From the NCBI GenBank assembly GCA_963701665.1, contig OY969622.1:960001-1024000 (forward strand): DNA of 64,000 bases, written 5' to 3'. Positions within the stretch are counted from its first letter, which is position 1; each line of letters begins with the position of its first letter. Positions 49,607 to 59,881 of this stretch are shown here, piece by piece. Position numbers and translations under genes: made by a program. The notes beneath the pieces are model-generated. The model saw nothing but the letters and a program-made list of their open reading frames with translations, was not told the origin of the DNA and searched no databases. The DNA comes from Candidatus Babeliales bacterium (lineage in GTDB: Bacteria; Babelota; Babeliae; Babelales; JANWKD01).

Positions 49607-49682
49607 CGTCATTCCGAGCGTTAGCGTGGGAATCCAGTAATAAAATTTTCCTTATAGGAACGGCTAAAGCCTCGGGATGACA
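49607..49682. repeat. REPIN-like element with truncated right arm
   Basis: cgtcattccgagcgttagcgtgggaatccag...ctcgggatgaca; abuts the stop codon at 49683. Confidence 0.8.
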
Positions 49683-52364
49683 TTATTCCAAATTATATTC
49701 TTTACATCGACGATTAATTGAAGAACGATTCACGCCCAAGAATGCTGCGATTTTGTTTTGATTTTTAAATTTATGCCACAACGCATGCATGATGGTGCGA
49801 TCTTTGAGTGCCTTTTTGCCAAGCTTAGCAGCTTGCATAAGCAATGGATCAGTAACAGCATGATTGGCATCAACTTCCACGGAATGTTCAACCTTAATTT
49901 TTTTTGATTTTTGCACTAAGAGTTGTTGAATTTTTGCTTTAAACTCTGCCAAACTCATAGGCCTATCATCAATAAGATTATTTTTTTCACGCTGGGTCAA
50001 TTCAAGCAGGTTTTTAAACGTAGGCGTACGCAATGCTTGTTGTGTAAAACCATCAACTAACTCATCCATTTCATGCCCTGCAAGCGATGCTAACGATGGC
50101 ATGCTCAAGGTTGTTTTTTGTAATTCATTGTATAAACATTGTGAGAAGCGCCCTTCTTGTACTAATGATTCTACATTATGATGCGTTGAAACAATGATGC
50201 GAACATCACTCATAATGCGCTGATCACCTTTATAGATCGTAAAGTAGCCATACTTAATGAATTCCGCCAATTTTTCTTGAAGCACCGTATCAAGAAAATG
50301 AATATTTTGTATAAATAAGGTACCAATCGAATTCAATTGCTCTAGCAGTGATGGCTTTCGTGCAAATCCTAAGAGCGGGTTGATGCCAAAGAGTTGCATC
50401 GCCACATCGGTATTCTTGTGTGCCTGAAGCGTAAGAACTTCTAATTTTTCGCGCAAACTAATGTGATGAATAATATCCACCGTCGGAAGTAAGTCAGCAT
50501 CGGGCATCTGCAACAATAATGCTTTTTTACTGAGTGCAGTTTTGAGTAACTGTATTTTGAAATTGAGTAGTTGAGATCCTGAACTTGGAATTAACTGATT
50601 AATAAGTTGTCCTGATTTTGTTGTCTCTAAATAGAGCAAATAATCCCATTCAGATGGATTAGCTAAAAGATCAATCTGTTTTTTAATCATATCGGCAATT
50701 TCAGGATAGTAGACGGTAACAATAACTTGCGAGTGTTCAAGACTCGGAATCGCCGCTAAAACGAGAGAATTCCCATTGGCATCAGTACCAAATATTTGCT
50801 GTGACGATTTATAATGTTCAACTTGTTCAACGAGCTTCTTGCACGCTTTTGAAATTGGATGCCCAAAATGCGTATTGAGATCAACGCCGATAAGCTCTTG
50901 TGCTGCTTGGTTGCCAAAAGTAAATCGTCTGTTTTTATAAAATATGATACCGATTTTGCGCTGCCCACTCGAGCGCAAAAATGAACGTACGCTTTCTTTA
51001 TATTGATTAATTTCTTGATGTTTATGGAACAGCTCTTCGCGCAGTTCTTTCTCCTGAGCAATGAGCAACGTAAGGTTACGATTTTGCAGTAAGTGAATAA
51101 TGTTACTGATGTAACTACCAAATACGACCATTTCATCGCGCTCGATATTACTAAAAAATTCGTGCGCTCGTCCTTCGCGATCGACAATTACGTACGCAAT
51201 GAGTGTCGCGTGCTGATAAACAGGCAAAAATAATGCCGCCTTAATACGTTCAAGAAATTGTATGATATGATGATTGCGTGCATCTTCTTGATAAAAATTA
51301 TTGAAAACAATTTCATCATAGATAAAAATTTTATGCTCCTTGAGCATACGCAAAGCTTCATGCCCTTCGCTCAAGAACCGTTCAACGATCATTTCTCGTT
51401 CAGATAATTCTGCTTTGGGTTCAGATTTTTGTTGTGTTGCAGTACGAATGTATAATGCCGTATGATCAGCTTTCACCTTAAATGCATCTTTGAAAAAAAG
51501 TTGCGTCAAAATGCCAAGTTCAGCGAGTGATGTTGTATGGCTTAATTTTTCAAGAACATTTTTAAAATCATCAATAAAATTAAATTTCTTTGTTGATTGC
51601 ACATGATTTTGGAAATTCAAGAAACGTAACCCCATTACTTTACGCATTGCATAATAAATCGCCATGGTTAAAAGCAACGATGCAATGCTAGTAGCTGCAT
51701 AAAAATAGGTATTCGTTGCCACCAACACACAATGCATAAGCTCAACAAAAATATACGGAGCAATCAGATATTTAACGAAGAGCGTGAGCTGTTTTTTCAA
51801 AATTTTTGAAAAAACCGGTTTATTTAAGCGTTGTATCACAAAAAAGAGCGTAGGAAGTATTAAGAAGGATACTAAATAAACAATGCTAATCTCCATTACA
51901 TAAAACTCAAATGGAGATCTATTGAGAACATTATTGAATTCAAAAATTGCTAAATAAAAGAAAAATATTATAAAAAGGCTATTTACCCCGAGTAAAAACT
52001 TTTGCCATAGCGTAATCGTAAATTCTTTTTCAGAAAGGCTTTGTATAAAAAAACTTAATGATTGAAATTGAATAATGTTGAATGCCCATGCTATGCGAAT
52101 AAAGAACAGAACGATACGATAATCTAATATAAATGCACCCAGCTCTCTTAATAATTTCACGAGCCACACAACATCGCCAATTGCACTACTGCATAAGAGA
52201 ACTAATAAACACCATAAAGGTGTTTTCATAGATTGCTGCCTTAATGCTTTAAGGCTTAAAAAAAATAAAAAATAAATTTTTACGGAAGATGCGATACATT
52301 CTACAAATACAAGAAATTCAGGACTCTTAATAAAAAGATATAGTTGTTCTAGTAAGAAGATCAT
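49683..52364 (-). CDS. Membrane-bound regulator: multi-TM sensor, degenerate sigma54-activator-like domain, Fis-type HTH
   Basis: About 7 TM segments; LFG...GTLFIQNI...DVRIIVST...GRF..LY; NQNKIAAFLGVNRSSINRR. Confidence 0.8.
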   Translation of the reverse strand: MIFLLEQLYLFIKSPEFLVFVECIASSVKIYFLFFLSLKALRQQSMKTPLWCLLVLLCSSAIGDVVWLVKLLRELGAFILDYRIVLFFIRIAWAFNIIQFQSLSFFIQSLSEKEFTITLWQKFLLGVNSLFIIFFFYLAIFEFNNVLNRSPFEFYVMEISIVYLVSFLILPTLFFVIQRLNKPVFSKILKKQLTLFVKYLIAPYIFVELMHCVLVATNTYFYAATSIASLLLTMAIYYAMRKVMGLRFLNFQNHVQSTKKFNFIDDFKNVLEKLSHTTSLAELGILTQLFFKDAFKVKADHTALYIRTATQQKSEPKAELSEREMIVERFLSEGHEALRMLKEHKIFIYDEIVFNNFYQEDARNHHIIQFLERIKAALFLPVYQHATLIAYVIVDREGRAHEFFSNIERDEMVVFGSYISNIIHLLQNRNLTLLIAQEKELREELFHKHQEINQYKESVRSFLRSSGQRKIGIIFYKNRRFTFGNQAAQELIGVDLNTHFGHPISKACKKLVEQVEHYKSSQQIFGTDANGNSLVLAAIPSLEHSQVIVTVYYPEIADMIKKQIDLLANPSEWDYLLYLETTKSGQLINQLIPSSGSQLLNFKIQLLKTALSKKALLLQMPDADLLPTVDIIHHISLREKLEVLTLQAHKNTDVAMQLFGINPLLGFARKPSLLEQLNSIGTLFIQNIHFLDTVLQEKLAEFIKYGYFTIYKGDQRIMSDVRIIVSTHHNVESLVQEGRFSQCLYNELQKTTLSMPSLASLAGHEMDELVDGFTQQALRTPTFKNLLELTQREKNNLIDDRPMSLAEFKAKIQQLLVQKSKKIKVEHSVEVDANHAVTDPLLMQAAKLGKKALKDRTIMHALWHKFKNQNKIAAFLGVNRSSINRRCKEYNLE

Positions 52365-52652
52365 AAAACCTTGCCAGATACTATAGGAATAATTATACTA
52401 CTCAACAGTTGGATAAAATAATTGTGCTTCATAAGGTAACAAATCATGATAAAAAGTAAAAAAATTGTAGCTTTTTTTCAATTTTTGAAGAAACTCGTTC
52501 CAGTACTTTTAATTTTAATATCACGACGCATACCACCTTGGGATTAAATACTAATTAGTTCAAAGACTAGCAAATAAAAAATATTGCCACAAACAAGAAT
52601 TAATTAGGTTTATCGGCTCGTTTATATAAGCTAATACAGCGTATTAGCTTTC

Positions 52653-53837
52653 TTGTATTATTTTAATGTCTTTAATCTTCTAGGAATAAGCCTCGTGGTT
52701 TGCATCATTAAGAAGTGTTCGGTTGTATTTTTATTATTATATAATTTCCCCTCCTATTGCGCTGAAAATAAGCCCAATACTGATCCTCTTGAAAAATTAG
52801 ATGAGTTACTTGCTCGAATCCCTACCGACGAATTTCTTCAACATATCACTGACCAAGAAAAGCGTAAGTTTCTTAAAGCTCTTTTTGAGTACAATAAAGA
52901 CACCGAAAATAGCCCAAAAAACTCAGAAGGCTCTTATCATTTTGAACCCCGACAGCCAGCCCCATTAACTAATGAACAAAAAACAATCCCTATTCATGAA
53001 AGAATTAAGAAGAAATTTATTGGCGATCTTCCCGGTAGAATTAATGATTTAATTTTCTATTTTAGCAATCAGGAGCTATGTCTAAAAAATAACAAATCAA
53101 TCTACAATAGAATTTTGCTTCATGGGCAACCTGGCACAGGAAAATCTCATCTGGTAAAAGTACTTGCTGAAGAATTACAAGTCCCCTATTTTTATTTTCC
53201 TGCCTCATTTTTTGCTGATAAATACATTGGCGAAACCTCGAAAAAAATTCGTGCCGCATTTGCTTGCGCAAAGAACCTCAAAAAACCTGTTATTATTTTT
53301 ATTGATGAGATAGATGGGCTTGCATCTAAAAGAAAAGATAATACACATGACGAACAACGTGCATCATTAGTAACGCTTTTAACTGAAATGCAAGATCTAC
53401 AGCAAAATAAAAATATTTTTATTTTCGTTGCGACTAATGATCTTAAAGCATTAGATCCAGCCATAAAAGATCGCTTTGCAGGCTCAATATGCGAAATTAA
53501 ACCTCTCACCTTAGAAGAAAGAGCCGCAATGTTTAAAAAAGCATTTAAAGAACATGGAATTACAATTGAAGATAATTTTGCAAAAAGGCTAGCTGAAGTT
53601 ACTAATACAACAACCAAGGATGAAGAAACAAAAAATAAAATTTTAAATTTTTCCAACAGAGACATTGAAAGTATAGCAACAACTGTTGCTTTTCGCCAAT
53701 TTGCAGAATGCCATAAAGATAAAGCGAATTGCAATAAACACCTCTGTCATTATGCTCGTAAGGTAATTGATGAAACAGGCAAAAAAGCTTCATTCACAAC
53801 ATTTCATATTAACTATGAGTTTTGTGAAGGAATTTAA
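52653..53837 (+). CDS. AAA+ ATPase (single classical AAA domain), possible signal peptide
   Basis: GQPGTGKS, KYIGE pore loop, IFIDEID, ATN...LDPAIKDRF; start uncertain. Confidence 0.9.
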   Translation: MYYFNVFNLLGISLVVCIIKKCSVVFLLLYNFPSYCAENKPNTDPLEKLDELLARIPTDEFLQHITDQEKRKFLKALFEYNKDTENSPKNSEGSYHFEPRQPAPLTNEQKTIPIHERIKKKFIGDLPGRINDLIFYFSNQELCLKNNKSIYNRILLHGQPGTGKSHLVKVLAEELQVPYFYFPASFFADKYIGETSKKIRAAFACAKNLKKPVIIFIDEIDGLASKRKDNTHDEQRASLVTLLTEMQDLQQNKNIFIFVATNDLKALDPAIKDRFAGSICEIKPLTLEERAAMFKKAFKEHGITIEDNFAKRLAEVTNTTTKDEETKNKILNFSNRDIESIATTVAFRQFAECHKDKANCNKHLCHYARKVIDETGKKASFTTFHINYEFCEGI

Positions 53838-56577
53838 AACAAGCATTAAAATTTTATTCAATATATTTCTTCTTTTTTATTCGTTGAATAATTGGGCAAT
53901 GGATCAAAAGATTGAGCCATATTCATCATTTGAAGATTGGGGCTCTTCGGATGATTCGTCTAGCTCTTCGGATTCATCTAGCTCTAACGATGTTATTGCC
54001 ATTTCAAAATCATCAACAGAAACGGATGAATCATCTTACAAAGAATATATCCGCGAGTTCTATGAAAGCTCATCATATCAATATGTAGATTATGATGAAG
54101 AACATGCCTCGACGACAAACTCCCAAGCCCATTCCAACTCAAAATCAGATAGCCATACTGCTTCCAGCCAATCACATGCAATCCCAGTAATAGCATATCC
54201 AACCAATCAGCACCCTTCTTTTTCATCAAATAAAGAATCAACACGACACGCCAGAATGAGTCACCTCAATAATTCAGTAGGTACTTTCAGACGACGTTCA
54301 CAATATTATGCAGACAGAGATCTGGCTGTAAAAAGATACTTAGGCGTTCGCAATCAACTTAATGCAGAAGATCAAGAAAAATTTGCACATGAAAATAAAA
54401 ATCTTCATAAGCTTGCTATGAAACACCTTGAATATGAAAATCGTCCTTCTACTGGAGAACGAATAAAACAAGGATTTAAAGCACTAGGAGAAAATATATC
54501 AAGTACGAAGCAACGTATTGGTAGTTGGTGGCAAGGCTCGAGCAATAATAATGAAAACCAAAAGCACCAATCAACTACAAACGATTATAAAAGTGCCACT
54601 GCAGAACAAAATCGCAATGCACGATATAACGATTATAAGAACGCAAGCTTTGAACAACAAGGAAGTCTTAGCAAAAGACGGCGCGAGCAAGATTATAACA
54701 ATAGCATTCAAGAACAATTAAAGTTCATAGAAGAAGAGCCAACTAAAGATCTTAGATCTAGTGATAAAAGTCAAAATAAGCCTTTAACTAAACAAGAGCC
54801 TGAATTTCTGCAAGAACAAGCTCTTGGTGAAAAAGAACTTGAACAAAAAGCAGCCCAAGATCAGTTACGTTATGAAAAAGAGATTGAAAGACTCAATGAA
54901 AAATTTGAAATTGAACAATCTCAACACAGACTTGATGAAATAGGAAAATTAATCAAGTCTTTTGCTGAACGTCCTACCAATGAACTGCCTAAAATTGATG
55001 CGCCTAACTCCAGGCAAGACGTTTCTGATTATTACCTGGATGATTTAGATGATTTCTCATTCTCTGAAAATAACCAAGACGATCCATTCACGCATAAAGA
55101 ATGCGCTCTCGGACAAGATGAAAATTGGACTAAATCAAAGAATGTCAGCACTGAAGCATTATCTTCGGTCGTAAAAGATTTTGAAAAATCTGCTGTTGAT
55201 TTTCTAACAACTGGCCGACATGAATCAAAACATATTGACCCTAAAATAGTTAATGAAATTATTAATGATCCTGCAACACCAAAGAATATTGTTAAACTTT
55301 TAGAACACAATAATAGTTTACAAAACAGCACAAATAATAAAGAACTACGCGATTTATCAATCACCACAACTGAGCTTCTTGTTTATGCTGAAACTCTATC
55401 AAGAAAAATAGCTGAAGATGTTTATAAGACGTCTCAAGAAGAAGCAAGGTTAAATAATGCCATCAAAGATAAAATTATTGATGTTGCCACCAACATTGGA
55501 GAATATATTGACATTGCGCTAGAAGAATTAAAAGCAAGACGTAATGAAAATATTGAACGGCCAATTGAAGCAATTAAATCAAGTGTAGAAGCGGCAGGTC
55601 ATGTAGCCATGGAATGCGGTAAATTAGCTGTTTTACTTATCCCAACAGAACACATGCCTCTTTTAAAAAATCTATCTCCAGAAGATTCTTCAACGTTAGA
55701 AAAAAAATCTCTTGAAGAGATGAGTAAAATAATCCATACAGTTGAACAAAATTTTTCTGAATTTAAAAATCTTCCTCCACAAGAACAATTCAGATCTGCT
55801 GTACGAACTGTTCTCAACGCTGCCTCGCTGATTCTTGTAGCCAAAACTTGTTCGCAAGTACTAGCAACTTTACGAACAAGCGCCGCTCATGTAAATGATT
55901 TGAAAGGTGTTGCAACAACAGCTGAAGAAATGGCTACTCTTGAATCATCAGCTCAATTAATATCCCAAGAGCAAAAATTGGTTCACGCTGTTGAACAAGC
56001 TATTGAAAATAACCTCACGCAAGCATCTGAGCATATACCGGGAGCACCAAAATTTAATCAAAAAGATGCTTTAGCTAAAGAATTTGCAGAATCAGAAACA
56101 GGGAAAAAAATTGGCGCTAGACTAGAAAAATCTGCTTCTGAGAAAGCAAAACCTTCGGGCTCATCGGGTAACGCATCTCATTCTGCGGTGGAAGTAGAAA
56201 CTCCGGAAGCCATTAAGAATTTTAACCCTGCAAACCAAAATGCGATTAAAGAATTTCCCAAAGATCTTATTAAAAACTATAAAGACCATATTTTTTCAAA
56301 AAATCATAGAAGAGATGGAATTTTAAGGTTAGGAGCAAATGAATCTGAAATTATAAACAAAATTACGGATATAATATTAGAAACAGATCAGGTGGGATTA
56401 ATTAAACCAGCAGAGAAAAATGTCATTCTTACTGTTATTCAGGGTAAAGATGTTATTATTAGGGCTACATTAAATGAATCTGGTAAAATAATTAGTATGA
56501 ATGGTTATCTAAATACTTCTTCTACTATTCCAAGTAATGGTAATGTAGTTAGGTATATTTCGGAAAAATATAAATGA
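53815..56577 (+). CDS. Putative secreted polymorphic toxin with C-terminal nuclease-like domain
   Basis: Signal peptide, Ser-rich and coiled-coil stalk, GSSG linker, then DHIFSKNH...VIIRA...ISMNGY; ATGA overlap with the next gene. Confidence 0.65.
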   Translation: MSFVKEFKTSIKILFNIFLLFYSLNNWAMDQKIEPYSSFEDWGSSDDSSSSSDSSSSNDVIAISKSSTETDESSYKEYIREFYESSSYQYVDYDEEHASTTNSQAHSNSKSDSHTASSQSHAIPVIAYPTNQHPSFSSNKESTRHARMSHLNNSVGTFRRRSQYYADRDLAVKRYLGVRNQLNAEDQEKFAHENKNLHKLAMKHLEYENRPSTGERIKQGFKALGENISSTKQRIGSWWQGSSNNNENQKHQSTTNDYKSATAEQNRNARYNDYKNASFEQQGSLSKRRREQDYNNSIQEQLKFIEEEPTKDLRSSDKSQNKPLTKQEPEFLQEQALGEKELEQKAAQDQLRYEKEIERLNEKFEIEQSQHRLDEIGKLIKSFAERPTNELPKIDAPNSRQDVSDYYLDDLDDFSFSENNQDDPFTHKECALGQDENWTKSKNVSTEALSSVVKDFEKSAVDFLTTGRHESKHIDPKIVNEIINDPATPKNIVKLLEHNNSLQNSTNNKELRDLSITTTELLVYAETLSRKIAEDVYKTSQEEARLNNAIKDKIIDVATNIGEYIDIALEELKARRNENIERPIEAIKSSVEAAGHVAMECGKLAVLLIPTEHMPLLKNLSPEDSSTLEKKSLEEMSKIIHTVEQNFSEFKNLPPQEQFRSAVRTVLNAASLILVAKTCSQVLATLRTSAAHVNDLKGVATTAEEMATLESSAQLISQEQKLVHAVEQAIENNLTQASEHIPGAPKFNQKDALAKEFAESETGKKIGARLEKSASEKAKPSGSSGNASHSAVEVETPEAIKNFNPANQNAIKEFPKDLIKNYKDHIFSKNHRRDGILRLGANESEIINKITDIILETDQVGLIKPAEKNVILTVIQGKDVIIRATLNESGKIISMNGYLNTSSTIPSNGNVVRYISEKYK

Positions 56578-57296
56578 ATAAAAATTTATTATTAAAAAAT
56601 ATTAATAAACAAATAGATCAATATAGAAAAAATAACTATGACATGACAACATTCAGTAATATACGAAAAACTTTTGATGAATATTTACATGTTCACCCAA
56701 AAGATACGGAAATTTGGCTGAGTTATGCTTTATGCATGTATAAATTAGCCGAAGGCAGTGATTATCCTGAAGAATGCTTAAGGAAAATATTAGAATACGA
56801 TCAAGACAATCTCTATGCTATAATGTTACTTGTCTATATTAATGCACACGATTCGTATATTAGTGACCAGCTTTTTAAACAGTTATGCAACTTAAAAAGC
56901 AATGACAATCAAATATTATCGATGATAGAATATGAAAAAATTTGGTACTATAAAGATGTTGAAAATTATGAAAGAGTATTAACTGATTCTGTTCAATTAT
57001 ATGATAAACATGTTTGGAATAATGTTAAATTGGGATATATTTATTTAGAAAAAGGAGAGATCAAAATAGGACAAGAATTAATATTAAAGGGGTTAAAAAA
57101 TGTTCAACTTGTTTATGATGATGATACTGTATATGACGAATTAAGTATCGAAGAATATTTTAACGAAACGATTAAAGGAATTCACTTAACAGATATCAAT
57201 TACAATTCTATTATTGATTCATTAGACCCAAATTATCTTAAGCCCATTATGGATTTGATTAATAGACATCTTGCTCGCAATTCATCTCAAGAATAA
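56574..57296 (+). CDS. Putative cognate immunity protein, TPR-like (paralog A1)
   Basis: Translationally coupled to the toxin; paralogs at 58318 and 59102. Confidence 0.65.
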   Translation: MNKNLLLKNINKQIDQYRKNNYDMTTFSNIRKTFDEYLHVHPKDTEIWLSYALCMYKLAEGSDYPEECLRKILEYDQDNLYAIMLLVYINAHDSYISDQLFKQLCNLKSNDNQILSMIEYEKIWYYKDVENYERVLTDSVQLYDKHVWNNVKLGYIYLEKGEIKIGQELILKGLKNVQLVYDDDTVYDELSIEEYFNETIKGIHLTDINYNSIIDSLDPNYLKPIMDLINRHLARNSSQE

Positions 57297-57339
57297 TTTA
57301 AGAAAATGGGCTTATGCTGCTTCATACATCACTTTTACT

Positions 57340-58296
57340 ATGTTAATTCATAAAGAATATTCTCAATATTTATATTTAATGATTAATAATTTTCCTATCA
57401 AATTACGCAACTATACCTTCGAATATCCTATTCCAATAAGAGTATGTGTTAAAAATTATGATAAATTCGAAGAAGTATTGGGTGATACAAAATATTTATA
57501 CATTAGTAAGGGCAGTCTTTCAGATACAACTGAATTAGTTGTCGATGATTATTCAAAAAAACTACTAATGTTACAAGTAATAGCCTCGAACCAAATTACC
57601 TTTCATGACCTTGATTTCGATATCGATAGTTATTTAAGCTATAATTCTTACATAGCCATAAATATTACAAATGATTCTTTTGAAAAATGGGAAAAATATC
57701 TTCCTGCATTAGATACCCAACCAAAAATACATGTTTTTAATAGCCTTATTGTATTAATAATAGATGAAAATAAATGCCCCGCTTATATGTTTTCAGAAAA
57801 TAATAAATTTGGCGTTATAACCAATAAAGACTTAAACATTGCGGCCTTTTTTATAAACAATATTACTGAAAAAGATAAAAAAATCATCAAAGAACATGCA
57901 AACTATCTTAATTCACCAAATCAAGAAAGTGCATTTCCCTTTAACAAATGCAAAACAACAATTATGGAACATAAAAATTATTTAATAAAAAAAATTATAG
58001 AGCTTGAAAATGTCAATTTATGGGATGTTATTTATTATGGTCTTGAACGAAAATTAATCAATAATAATTTTGTAATAGAATCTGCTATTGCTATGTTAGA
58101 GCATAATAAAACATCTGATAATATTACTCTTGAAATAGCAAGCCTGCTTAATCATGAATTAGAAAAAGTATCTATTTTACTCAACGAAAAAGTAAATAAA
58201 GATGAAGTTATGATTAATAAAGGACCTTTTTATAATAAAATTTGGTTATATCTTTCAGTTGCTTCAGATATGTGTGCAGCAAAAATTATCAAATAA
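57340..58296 (+). CDS. Putative immunity protein with C-terminal DUF2247-like domain (B1)
   Basis: WDVIYYGLERKLI...LEIASL...KIWLYL; start uncertain. Confidence 0.55.
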   Translation: MLIHKEYSQYLYLMINNFPIKLRNYTFEYPIPIRVCVKNYDKFEEVLGDTKYLYISKGSLSDTTELVVDDYSKKLLMLQVIASNQITFHDLDFDIDSYLSYNSYIAINITNDSFEKWEKYLPALDTQPKIHVFNSLIVLIIDENKCPAYMFSENNKFGVITNKDLNIAAFFINNITEKDKKIIKEHANYLNSPNQESAFPFNKCKTTIMEHKNYLIKKIIELENVNLWDVIYYGLERKLINNNFVIESAIAMLEHNKTSDNITLEIASLLNHELEKVSILLNEKVNKDEVMINKGPFYNKIWLYLSVASDMCAAKIIK

Positions 58297-58317
58297 AAAG
58301 AAATATTTTTATCAGAT

Positions 58318-59037
58318 ATGATAAACAAAGATCTATTGCTAAAAAATATAAGCTTACAAATGGATCAACATAAGAAAAATAATTATGACTTAACAACATT
58401 TATCACCATACAGAAAAGCTTTGATCAATATTTAAACCTTCATCCTTACGATACGGAAATTTGGCTAAAATATGCATTATGCATGTATGATTTAGCCGAA
58501 GGAAGTGATTATCCTGAAGAGTGCTTAAGAAAAATCTTAGAATATGATCAAAATAATCTCTCTGCTACGATGCTTTTAGTTTACATTAATGCGCATGATT
58601 CCCATATTAGTGATCAGCTTTTTAGGCAATTATGCGCCTTAAAAAGCGATGATAATGAAATACTATCAATGATTGAATATGAAAAAATTTGGTACTATAA
58701 AGATGATGAAAATTATGAGAAAGTATTAGTTAATTCGGTTAGATTGTGCAACAAACATGTTTGGAATAATGTTAATTTAGGAAGATTGTATATTACTAAG
58801 GGAGAATTTAAAAAAGGTCAAGAGCTAATATTAAAAGGATTAGAGAATATTAAGCTTATTTATAATAATGATACCATATACGATGAACTAAGCGTAGAAG
58901 AATACTTTAATGAAACAATCAAGGGAATTCATTTAAGTAGATCAAATTATAATTGTATTATTGGTTCATTAGATCCAAACTATTATAAACCAATCATGGA
59001 TCTAATTAACAAACATCTTAACCAATCCAAAGACTAA
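58318..59037 (+). CDS. Putative orphan immunity protein (paralog A2)
   Basis: Aligns end to end with 56574. Confidence 0.65.
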   Translation: MINKDLLLKNISLQMDQHKKNNYDLTTFITIQKSFDQYLNLHPYDTEIWLKYALCMYDLAEGSDYPEECLRKILEYDQNNLSATMLLVYINAHDSHISDQLFRQLCALKSDDNEILSMIEYEKIWYYKDDENYEKVLVNSVRLCNKHVWNNVNLGRLYITKGEFKKGQELILKGLENIKLIYNNDTIYDELSVEEYFNETIKGIHLSRSNYNCIIGSLDPNYYKPIMDLINKHLNQSKD

Positions 59038-59101
59038 TTTCTGATCTATAAAAAAAGAAAGCAGATCAGTTAGCATAAAAATCATCAAGGACTTTTTCAT
59101 A

Positions 59102-59830
59102 ATGAACAAAGATCCATTGTTAAAGAATATAAACTTACAAATGAAGCAATATAAAAAAAGCAATTATAATCCCTCTATATTTTTTAATATTCAAAAAACA
59201 TTTGATGAATATTTAAACGTCTATCCTAAAGATACGGACGTTTGGCTAAGTTATGCATTATGTATGTATAAATTGGCTGAAGGTGAAGATCTTGCCGAAA
59301 ATTGTTTAAAAAAGATATATGAATATGACAAAAGCAATGTTTATGCAACTATGTTGCATGCATATATAGCTGCTCATGATTCTCATATTGATGATGAATT
59401 ATTTGAAAAATTATGTAATGTAAAAACACACAACCTTGAATTACAATCAATGATTGAATATTTAAAAAGTTATTATTATTTCTTGAAAAATGATACCTTG
59501 AATGAAAAGGTATTACAAAATTCTGTTGCATTATGCGATAAACATGTTTGGAACCTTGTCAATTTAGGTAGAATTTATATAAAAAAAGGCGATTACAAAG
59601 AAGGGCAAAGATTAATCAAAAAAGCCCTATCGAACATCGAATATACTTATGATGAACATCCAATTGAAGATCAGTTAGATCTTAATGAGTATTTTAATGA
59701 AACTATTAAAGGAATTCACTTAACAGATAGTAACTACAATTCTATTATTGATTCACTTGATCCAGACTACCTTAAGCCAATCATGGATTTGATCAACAAA
59801 CATATGAATCTACCAAAAGATGAATTTTAA
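59102..59830 (+). CDS. Putative orphan immunity protein (paralog A3)
   Basis: Aligns end to end with 56574. Confidence 0.65.
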   Translation: MNKDPLLKNINLQMKQYKKSNYNPSIFFNIQKTFDEYLNVYPKDTDVWLSYALCMYKLAEGEDLAENCLKKIYEYDKSNVYATMLHAYIAAHDSHIDDELFEKLCNVKTHNLELQSMIEYLKSYYYFLKNDTLNEKVLQNSVALCDKHVWNLVNLGRIYIKKGDYKEGQRLIKKALSNIEYTYDEHPIEDQLDLNEYFNETIKGIHLTDSNYNSIIDSLDPDYLKPIMDLINKHMNLPKDEF

Positions 59831-59881
59831 ATAATGCATTAAAAAAATGAACGAGCAATATAAAGAAAAACTTAGATTTTT

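Noticed and set aside
1669..49682. Palindromic elements as integron attC sites
   Set aside because: No integrase, no consistent RYYYAAC/GTTRRRY ends, and they are dispersed among housekeeping genes.
53192..53734. 180-aa antisense ORF and the many other short overlapping ORFs in the track
   Set aside because: Shadows of well-supported genes on the other strand or frame, with no motifs or RBS.
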